This document shows positions 57,715-64,000 of a stretch of DNA of 64,000 nt, one piece after another. Positions within the stretch are counted from its first letter, which is position 1. Every line of letters begins with the position of its first letter. Source of the stretch: an uncultured virus (IMG/VR IMGVR_UViG_3300032323_001173) (lineage: Duplodnaviria > Heunggongvirae > Uroviricota > Caudoviricetes). The notes below the pieces were generated by a model. The model was given only the letters and a program-made list of their open reading frames with translations, had not been told where the DNA came from and made no database searches. The stretch is taken from the IMG/VR virus record IMGVR_UViG_3300032323_001173; one strand, 5' to 3'. Both the position numbers and the translations under genes were made by a program.

Positions 57715-57995
57715 TGCTCTACCTCCATGTCAGCGAGCACGAATGGAATCTTGTAGTCAATGTCGTACGACAAGACCACGAAGTCTTCGTTGCCATTGCC
57801 TACGAGCGACTTGAGTTCTTCCTCGCCGTCTTCGCAGTAGAAGAAGACCTCATCGTCACGATTGCCCAGCGAGTCGTACTCGCCGTTCCACTCGTTCTCA
57901 TTCCACGTGCCGAACGAGATGTACACCTCGTCCTCCGCTTGCGTGTCCTTCCATTGGATAATTGCCCACGCACCTATTGGTGTTCCGATTGTCAT
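57711..57995 (-). CDS. Acidic hypothetical protein
   Basis: SD AAGGAG; TAATG coupling. Confidence 0.65.
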   Translation of the reverse strand: MTIGTPIGAWAIIQWKDTQAEDEVYISFGTWNENEWNGEYDSLGNRDDEVFFYCEDGEEELKSLVGNGNEDFVVLSYDIDYKIPFVLADMEVEQ

Positions 57996-58231
57996 TAGAA
58001 CTCTCCTTCTTGAGTGATGTCATAGTTAAGGTAATCCCATGTCAACTGGTTGACACTGCTGTAGCCACCGTTGGCGTCAAACACTGCAACTGCGTTGACC
58101 CACAGTTCCGAGTCTGCCGACAACTCGTTGTTGTCCTTGTCAGTGAACATGTTTGATTCCCACCAAGAGATAGCGATCTCTTCGTCAGGATCAATCCCAC
58201 TTAATAACTTGATTGCTTGACTTACTTTCAT
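57995..58231 (-). CDS. Hypothetical protein
   Basis: SD AAGGAGG; MKVSQAIKLL. Confidence 0.65.
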   Translation of the reverse strand: MKVSQAIKLLSGIDPDEEIAISWWESNMFTDKDNNELSADSELWVNAVAVFDANGGYSSVNQLTWDYLNYDITQEGEF

Positions 58232-58255
58232 GGTTCCCTCCTTACAGGGCTATTT

Positions 58256-58337
58256 GAACATCGGATGATGTCCTGACGGTACACCAGCGGTGTGCCGATG
58301 TACCGTCAGAACACCACGGGCTTGCGCCCGTGATGCA
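58256..58337 (-). ncRNA. Intergenic RNA element, family B
   Basis: GCATCACGGGC-GCAA-GCCCGTGGTGT; CTGACGGTACATCGGC/GCTGGTGTACCGTCAG; small 3' hairpin. Confidence 0.65.
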
Positions 58338-58415
58338 CTGTGAAGCGTCCAGTGAGGACTAGACGCTTCGGATGTCGCTACAGGCGCCGACCATGAAGGC
58401 GCCGAGCGCCAGTGG

Positions 58416-59945
58416 TCAGATGCCGTTGCCGACAATTGCTTCAATGAGCGCCTGAGTGATACTGCCACCCTCGGCTCCCATGTCTTCGCCTTGCCCAGTG
58501 AGAACACTGGAGACGACCTCGTGTTTGCTGTTGAGCAGTGCCCACATGCGATCGTCCAGCAGTGGAAGATCAGGATTGTTGCCCACACCAATCATCCACC
58601 AAGCGAGCACGCTTGATGTCTGACCGATGCGATGCGCACGATCCTCTGCCTGTGTGGCTTCTGCGGGAGTGAATGGGATCTCAGCGAACACCACGTGCGA
58701 TGACGCAGTGAGCGTGAGACCGACACCAGCAGATTGGAATTGCCCGATGAACACTTTGACCTCGGGGTCATTCTGAAATGCATCTACCGATGCCTGCTTG
58801 GCTTCATCATTCATTCCGCCGATGACACGCACCACGCCGTGTGGCTTGAGTGACTCGGTCAACTGTGCGATGACATCCTTGTGATGTGCGAACACGATGA
58901 CCTTCTCACCTTCAGCGACTAGTTGCTCAACGTGATCCACCACGTATGGCACCTTCGCAACACCGAGCAACTTGCGCAGTGCATTGAGCCGTGTGATGGT
59001 CTCAGCCTTGGATGCCTTCTGCCATGCCTCAGCACCGCCGTTGGCAATGATGAAGTCACGGAAGTCATTCTCGGCGTGCATGTATGCGTTGAGATCGCTG
59101 TCGCTGATCTCGGTCGCTACCTGTGCACGGCGCTTGGCAGGCAACTCGGTGAGCACGTCTGATTTGTTACGGCGCACGTAGCACGTGCCTCGCAACTTCT
59201 CATTCAACTCGGTGGTGTTGCTCGCACCGTTGTACACGTAACCCCAGCCATTGTGAATGGGATCGCAGTAACGGAAGCGGAACGCCGACTTGCCACCGAA
59301 CACTCGGTCAAGCCTGCCGAGAATATTCAGCGGGCTGATCAATTCGTTCGGACGATTGACGATGATGGTGCCACTCAAGAGCGTGACGTATCCCTCCTCA
59401 GGGATTGACTTCGCAATGAATGCGATGCCCTTGGTGCGTCCAGCGTTCTCAGTCTTGGCACGGTGTGCCTCGTCAACGATGAGCGCTCCAAACTTGCCAG
59501 CCAACTTGGTTGACCAAGCGTCAATGTTTGAGTCACCGATGATGACGACTGATTCCTTCGGTAGTGCACCGACTTTGTTGCCCGTCACCACAGCCACGTT
59601 GAGCCATGGAGCGAACATCTTGAATGATCGGAGCCAGTTGATGCGAAGCGATGGTGGCACTACTACGAGCACCTTGTGCTTCTCACTGACTGCCTGCACT
59701 GCAACAGCGATACCGCTCGGTGTCTTACCGAGACCCATCTCGTCACCGATGATGACACGCTTCTGCTTCAACGCATAAGCGACACCAGCACGTTGGAATG
59801 GGAACAGCGGAACAGCAAGTTCCACTGGGCATTCGCCGTCATGTGCACTGCTCAGTTCAAGCAACGCAGGGTCAGCAACGATTGCTGGTGGAATGCGATT
59901 CAGTGAACCGAGCAATGTATTTAATTGCTCTAATTGATTACTCAT
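58416..59945 (-). CDS. SNF2/HARP-like helicase
   Basis: DEMGLGKT, VDEAH, LSGT...NRP.EL, GVGLTLT and QAEDRAHRIGQ motifs. Confidence 0.92.
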   Translation of the reverse strand: MSNQLEQLNTLLGSLNRIPPAIVADPALLELSSAHDGECPVELAVPLFPFQRAGVAYALKQKRVIIGDEMGLGKTPSGIAVAVQAVSEKHKVLVVVPPSLRINWLRSFKMFAPWLNVAVVTGNKVGALPKESVVIIGDSNIDAWSTKLAGKFGALIVDEAHRAKTENAGRTKGIAFIAKSIPEEGYVTLLSGTIIVNRPNELISPLNILGRLDRVFGGKSAFRFRYCDPIHNGWGYVYNGASNTTELNEKLRGTCYVRRNKSDVLTELPAKRRAQVATEISDSDLNAYMHAENDFRDFIIANGGAEAWQKASKAETITRLNALRKLLGVAKVPYVVDHVEQLVAEGEKVIVFAHHKDVIAQLTESLKPHGVVRVIGGMNDEAKQASVDAFQNDPEVKVFIGQFQSAGVGLTLTASSHVVFAEIPFTPAEATQAEDRAHRIGQTSSVLAWWMIGVGNNPDLPLLDDRMWALLNSKHEVVSSVLTGQGEDMGAEGGSITQALIEAIVGNGI

Positions 59946-59980
59946 GGTCTGACCTCCTCAGGTCTATTGGAATTATTAAC

Positions 59981-60056
59981 TGCACTTGCGTGCTCACACT
60001 CCACGAGATCGCTCCCATGGAATGTGAGCACGCCACGAGCGTGTGCCCGTGACGTG
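59981..60056 (-). ncRNA. Intergenic RNA element, family B
   Basis: ACGTCACGGGC-ACAC-GCTCGTGGCGT; long hairpin with GCGA loop; GCAC-GCAA-GTGC. Confidence 0.65.
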
Positions 60057-60061
60057 ACCAC

Positions 60062-60778
60062 CTAGAACCTGCTTGCGCAGTCGTTACCGATGCCAGCCTT
60101 GCGTGTTGCTTCATCAGTGAGATGACGACCGCACACACAGCAACGCCCGATCTCTTGACCGTAGAGCGTCATTGCCTGCTTGCGTTCATCCTCACTGAGT
60201 GACGTGATGCGCTTGATTGAATTGACCAAGCGCTCGCCACGCAACTTCTCGTCAGCGTGACCGCCGACCACGATGTACATGCCACGTTGACCCTTGAGGC
60301 TCGCATTGTGGTAGCCCTTATTGGTCTTGATCGCATAGAACACGAGATCATTGGTGCCCGTTGACTGCAACGCATAGAAGCCGTCCTTGACGTCAGCGAA
60401 GAGCGACTGCTCATCAACTGGCTTGGCGATGACTTCGGCTGAGCACTCACCAGCCTTGTGGAATGTCTGCCAGCCACCAGCAGTTTGAACGCTCCAGCCA
60501 TGACCGATCTGCACGGTGTGTCCGCACAGTTGGCATGGCTTGGCGATCTTATTGACGATGGTGCGATCACCCTTAGGCAAGTGCTCGGTGCCCACCCGCT
60601 TGATCTCAATCTTTTTGATTGCATCAATGACGAGCGAAGCATCCTTGGTTGACAATGCATTCACGTTCTGATCTACGAGGTACTGGTCAACCCCAGCCTC
60701 ATCAAGACCGAGTGTGACCGCACGCTCTAAGAGCATCGTGCGAATGAATGCCTGTTGCTTTGGTGTTATTGCTCCCAT
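60062..60778 (-). CDS. DUF6011-domain protein
   Basis: T.KQ..FI..L N-terminus; G.CCVCGR.LTD......GIG.DCA. Confidence 0.8.
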   Translation of the reverse strand: MGAITPKQQAFIRTMLLERAVTLGLDEAGVDQYLVDQNVNALSTKDASLVIDAIKKIEIKRVGTEHLPKGDRTIVNKIAKPCQLCGHTVQIGHGWSVQTAGGWQTFHKAGECSAEVIAKPVDEQSLFADVKDGFYALQSTGTNDLVFYAIKTNKGYHNASLKGQRGMYIVVGGHADEKLRGERLVNSIKRITSLSEDERKQAMTLYGQEIGRCCVCGRHLTDEATRKAGIGNDCASRF

Positions 60779-60807
60779 AAAACCTCCTCAAGTTTCAGTT
60801 AGGGAAT

Positions 60808-60892
60808 GTGAATGGACTTGCGTCCTCGGAATGCACCGATGGGGGAACCGATGCACTCCGAGCACGCCATGGCTTGCGCCATGACTGCCCAC
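60808..60892 (-). ncRNA. Intergenic RNA element, family B
   Basis: GTCATGGC-GCAA-GCCATGGC; CTCGGAGTGCATCGGT/ATCGGTGCATTCCGAG; GGAC-GCAA-GTCC. Confidence 0.62.
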
Positions 60893-60902
60893 TGCTAATT
60901 GC

Positions 60903-61151
60903 TCAAACGTATTTTGATGTGATGTCTGCGATTGCATTTGACAACACCTGCTTAACGTTGCTGTCATCGTGAACGAACAGCGTGAGCGTGTGTTCCAACT
61001 TTGCGTAACCAAACGCCTCTTCACCGACTGGGTAGAAGGTATTGGTGTGAGCCAATTCCTGATACTCAATGACGATGTCTATCGTTTGGAATGTTGGGTC
61101 ATCAGACTTCGCAATGCGAATTCCAGTGACACGGTGGATACTTGCATCCAT
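60903..61151 (-). CDS. Hypothetical protein
   Basis: SD GAGGAGG. Confidence 0.65.
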   Translation of the reverse strand: MDASIHRVTGIRIAKSDDPTFQTIDIVIEYQELAHTNTFYPVGEEAFGYAKLEHTLTLFVHDDSNVKQVLSNAIADITSKYV

Positions 61152-61181
61152 AGTTGACCTCCTCGTGGTCTATTTGGGTTG

Positions 61182-61268
61182 GATCGGGCATTGTAATGCC
61201 CTCAGTACGCACCGACAACGCCGATGCGCACTGAGGGCACCACGGGCGAACCCGTGATGCTCCCGATC
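61182..61268 (-). ncRNA. Intergenic four-way RNA element, family B
   Basis: GATCGGG/CCCGATC; GCATCACGGG-TTCG-CCCGTGGTGC; long hairpin; GCAT-TACA-ATGC. Confidence 0.65.
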
Positions 61269-61270
61269 AC

Positions 61271-61807
61271 TCACACTCGTGATGCGATCTTCTCAATAAT
61301 TAATTGCAGAGTCTCAAGGTTGAGACCCATCAAGTCATCGTTGAGTTTGTTCCATTGCTTGTCAGTAACCGTGGGGCTACTGATGTGTCGGACAAGCGCA
61401 TTCACCTGCTGTTGCTTGGAGTATGTGTTGTCCTTTTTGGCTTGCCAATCAGCCTTTACTTCGGCGTCACGCTGTACCACGTATTCTTCAATGGTCTGAC
61501 CGAAGTCTGCGTGGTGCCACTCAATCTCACGTGGTGGAACCCACGAGCGTGTGTTCAGTGTTACTGAAGGCAAGCGCTCGGGGAACCCCTCGTGACCTTC
61601 ATAACCACTGTTGAATGTCTCGTAACGCACTGTGAATCGCACATCAACACGGGTGCCCGACTTGCGACCCCATTCGTTGTGAGTGTCCACGACCTTCTCC
61701 TCAATCTTGGTGATTGAGGCGTAGTGCGAGTACCGACCACGTCCGCCGTAACGGAACACCGCATTCGGATTCTTGGCAAGTATTTGCTTTATCTCTGATG
61801 TTTTCAT
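61271..61807 (-). CDS. Hypothetical protein
   Basis: SD GAGGAGG; 178 aa. Confidence 0.7.
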   Translation of the reverse strand: MKTSEIKQILAKNPNAVFRYGGRGRYSHYASITKIEEKVVDTHNEWGRKSGTRVDVRFTVRYETFNSGYEGHEGFPERLPSVTLNTRSWVPPREIEWHHADFGQTIEEYVVQRDAEVKADWQAKKDNTYSKQQQVNALVRHISSPTVTDKQWNKLNDDLMGLNLETLQLIIEKIASRV

Positions 61808-61844
61808 GGTGTGGAGCCTCCTCTGCTCCGAGGGCTATTTGCCC

Positions 61845-61887
61845 AGTCCCCAGTACCGATTGAACGGTCACGCCTAAAGCGCTGGGG
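61845..61887 (-). ncRNA. tRNA-elbow-like three-way junction, family A copy 1
   Basis: CCCCAG-CGCT-TTA-GGCG-TG-ACCG-TTCAAT-CGGT-A-CTGGGG-ACT. Confidence 0.72.
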
Positions 61888-61894
61888 GAATTGG

Positions 61895-62185
61895 TTAGTA
61901 GGAACCCCAATTGTCATCATCGGTGACGATGTTTCGCACGACATCGTCAGCGATACCGCACTTGATCAAGAATGCCCTGTTCTCTTCTGCCGTTCGGCAT
62001 TCATTGATCGCACCGCAGGACATGCCGAGTTGATCCGCAATTGACTGCCACAGCATCCACAGAGCGATGTGTGCACGCTCATGATGCCGATGCCACATTG
62101 CCTTGTCACTCTGCGTTGACATTGAATCAAAGCGGGCGTGCTGACAAATTGCCTTTGCAATTGTTTCTTCTATTCCGAATTTCAT
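61895..62185 (-). CDS. Hypothetical protein
   Basis: SD GAGGAGG before ATG 62185. Confidence 0.65.
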   Translation of the reverse strand: MKFGIEETIAKAICQHARFDSMSTQSDKAMWHRHHERAHIALWMLWQSIADQLGMSCGAINECRTAEENRAFLIKCGIADDVVRNIVTDDDNWGSY

Positions 62186-62229
62186 GGTGACCTCCTCGGG
62201 TCTTGTATTCACGACACTCGTGTGTCGCT

Positions 62230-62272
62230 AGTCCCCAGTGCGAATTGAATCGCCACGACCTAGTCGCTGGGG
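62230..62272 (-). ncRNA. tRNA-elbow-like three-way junction, family A copy 2
   Basis: CCCCAG-CGAC-TAG-GTCG-TG-GCGA-TTCAAT-TCGC-A-CTGGGG-ACT. Confidence 0.72.
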
Positions 62273-62277
62273 GAAAC

Positions 62278-62532
62278 TCACTGCGCCTTCTCCTTCGCTT
62301 GCTGTGCAAGTTGGAAGTCAAGGTGACTCACAGCGTCACGGCGGAGTTCATACGCTTCACCGTTAAATGCTCGGTCACCTGTTTCAATGTTGATGATCAG
62401 CCAGTCAACACGGCGAACCTCAGGGCAACCCTTGGTGTGAAACTTCCAACACAATTCGTGGTCACAACAGGATGGGTCAGCCCAGTATTCGTCCTTGATG
62501 ATGGCGTATTTGCTTCCCTTGTATGCCTTCAT
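62278..62532 (-). CDS. Hypothetical protein
   Basis: SD GAGGAGG; CCDH..C..H..GC. Confidence 0.65.
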   Translation of the reverse strand: MKAYKGSKYAIIKDEYWADPSCCDHELCWKFHTKGCPEVRRVDWLIINIETGDRAFNGEAYELRRDAVSHLDFQLAQQAKEKAQ

Positions 62533-62570
62533 GGTGCCTCCTCAGGCAGTTGTAACTGGCGGGTGCCAGT

Positions 62571-62613
62571 AGTCCCCAGTCCCGATTGAACGGGCACGCC
62601 CTAGGCGCTGGGG
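62571..62613 (-). ncRNA. tRNA-elbow-like three-way junction, family A copy 3
   Basis: CCCCAG-CGCC-TAG-GGCG-TG-CCCG-TTCAAT-CGGG-A-CTGGGG-ACT. Confidence 0.72.
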
Positions 62614-62619
62614 TGACGC

Positions 62620-63597
62620 TCAATCTTGAATGACCCGTCCACCACCGTGGGCATCCACGATGGCTTGAGCCTGCTCACGAGTGAGTAAGTCAATTTTCTT
62701 GGTTGACGGCGCCCATGTGGTGCCGTTCCAGTATTTGGTGTCGTATCCGACCTCTTTGGTGGCGTAGAAGCGAGGACGGCGATGCGCACGGGACTTGCCG
62801 TCCGCACGCTGTGCGTATCCGCACACTGGGCAGTTGTGCCAGCGATCACCTCGGATCGTTGGTTGACCACTGCCCTCGCAACGCTCCTGAGCACGCTTCA
62901 CAGCGTTCGCACGAGCCTTCTCACGGGCTTGCTGGAATGCCTCCACGCCCTGCTCGGCAAGTGTCAACGCCACGCTGGCGCTGATCTTGACCTGCTCACG
63001 TGACTCCACAGGAGCGTCAGGGAAGCAGACCGAGCACAGCGCCGATCCGAGATCGGCAACAGCATCCTCGGAACTGGATCCGCTGAGGTAAGGCACGAGC
63101 GCAAAGCCTGTTGGCTCGTGACCCTTATTGCAGGTGGAGCACTGCGTGCTGGAGTGAATGTGCCCGTCCGATGACGTCACGAGGTAGTAGCGACTCCATG
63201 GACGACTGCTGTATTCGGTGTTGCAGTCGCTGACGTCACGTTGTGCGTCCTCCAGTGCGATGCGAGCCTCAGTGAAGCGCTCGGCGTAACTGGTGGGCAG
63301 TGATCCGTACTTGCTGATCACGCCGTCATTGAACATGGCTTCGGCTTTGGCACCCGTCAACTGGATGCCCCGTGCCTCTGCAAACTCGGTTGGCATTGGA
63401 TCCAGTCGGTAGTCAACGACAGCCACGCTGTCACGCTGATAGCGACCGTTGTCCCAACGCAACTCTTTGCCGTAGGCACTGACCAAGGAGTCCGAGGCGT
63501 AGGAGTAGTGAACCATTGCCCGAGACTGGATGAATAAGCGCTCTAGATAGAGCAGGTCGTGCTCTACAGGAGTCAAGGTGGATAGTGAGACGCTCAT
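62620..63597 (-). CDS. Zn-binding hypothetical protein of actinophage type
   Basis: SD AAGGAGG; WSRY.LV...GHIH...CSTC, LCSVCFPDAP and CEGSG...CPVCG. Confidence 0.7.
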   Translation of the reverse strand: MSVSLSTLTPVEHDLLYLERLFIQSRAMVHYSYASDSLVSAYGKELRWDNGRYQRDSVAVVDYRLDPMPTEFAEARGIQLTGAKAEAMFNDGVISKYGSLPTSYAERFTEARIALEDAQRDVSDCNTEYSSRPWSRYYLVTSSDGHIHSSTQCSTCNKGHEPTGFALVPYLSGSSSEDAVADLGSALCSVCFPDAPVESREQVKISASVALTLAEQGVEAFQQAREKARANAVKRAQERCEGSGQPTIRGDRWHNCPVCGYAQRADGKSRAHRRPRFYATKEVGYDTKYWNGTTWAPSTKKIDLLTREQAQAIVDAHGGGRVIQD

Positions 63598-63635
63598 GGT
63601 GAGCCTCCTTTGGATGAACTGGCTGTGTGCCAGTG

Positions 63636-63729
63636 GAGCGTGTTTGACGCTCATTCAGGACTGGAGCAGGGGGAATTCTCCAGCCCTCAATGAGCGCCAC
63701 GAGCCATCCGAAGATTGACCCGTGACGCT
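63636..63729 (-). ncRNA. Intergenic RNA element, family B
   Basis: AGCGTCACGGGTC...GGCTCGTGGCGCT; long hairpin; AGCGT/ACGCT. Confidence 0.6.
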
Positions 63730-63924
63730 GAGGAATAGGTGCCCTGAAGTCAGCGAACGGTGTGTGCCGTTGAGTAATGCGCCGTGGGGGACTGTTGTTC
63801 AATTCCCCCGTGGCGGGCGTGCATGGATCCGTTGAAGCCATCTCTGCGAGGCACGAGGTCAGCCGATGTGAAGTCGGGTACGTGCCACATGCATGCGTGC
63901 ATTTTTGCCGAAGCATTCGGGCGC

Positions 63925-63943
63925 TCTTCAGTTGTCAAGGAAC
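63925..63943 (-). promoter_or_regulatory. boxA-like antitermination element
   Basis: Minus strand GTTCCTTGACAACTGAAGA resembles the rrn-leader boxA; upstream of the whole minus-strand arm. Confidence 0.5.
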
Positions 63944-64000
63944 CTCAGGAACCTGCGCCCCAAACCGCAACGCAACTCCTGCATGGAGGGTAGCGGATGG

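Noticed and set aside
61845..62613. Family A repeats as tRNA genes or a CRISPR array
   Set aside because: Only 40 nt with no anticodon arm or CCA; copies are separated by whole genes and vary by covariation, not identical repeats with spacers
56415..63729. Family B elements as hammerhead or hairpin ribozymes, or as simple intrinsic terminators
   Set aside because: No CUGANGA/GAAA core or hairpin-ribozyme loops seen, and no U-tracts after the stems; an unknown ribozyme class is not excluded
63431..63993. ORFs 63431-63916, 63750-63938 and 63784-63993
   Set aside because: No SD or recognisable motifs; the region is better explained as a structured non-coding leader

Overview
The window is most of the genome of a contractile-tailed (myovirus-type) dsDNA phage, very probably infecting Actinomycetota (two WhiB genes, leaderless TANNNT promoters). 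Plus strand: pre-head accessory genes (1-3.9 kb, including a metallophosphoesterase and a proteasome/HslV-type Thr peptidase); head, tail and baseplate genes (4.0-25.8 kb); replication and recombination genes (27.7-41.3 kb: HTH initiator with internal iterons, DnaC-like loader, DnaB, primase, SNF2 helicase, SSB, PolA, RecA, Cas4-like nuclease, two resolvases); spoVS; an island of small disordered proteins (41.7-47.1 kb); and regulatory/modification genes to 53 kb. A short minus-strand dps operon lies at 26.6-27.5 kb. From 53 kb to the end is a minus-strand early-type arm of small genes. The most striking signal is non-coding. Nearly every long intergenic gap of this arm holds a covarying RNA structure: three 40-nt tRNA-elbow-like three-way junctions with an invariant UUCAAU loop, and seven larger multi-helix elements. 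These lead into hairpins that display the Shine-Dalgarno GAGGA in a loop, and a boxA-like sequence lies upstream of the arm. A structured RNA with the same CCUGAGGAGG motif precedes the replication initiator. No terminase large subunit, integrase, tRNA or CRISPR array was recognised. All product calls come from motif recognition by eye, not database searches.
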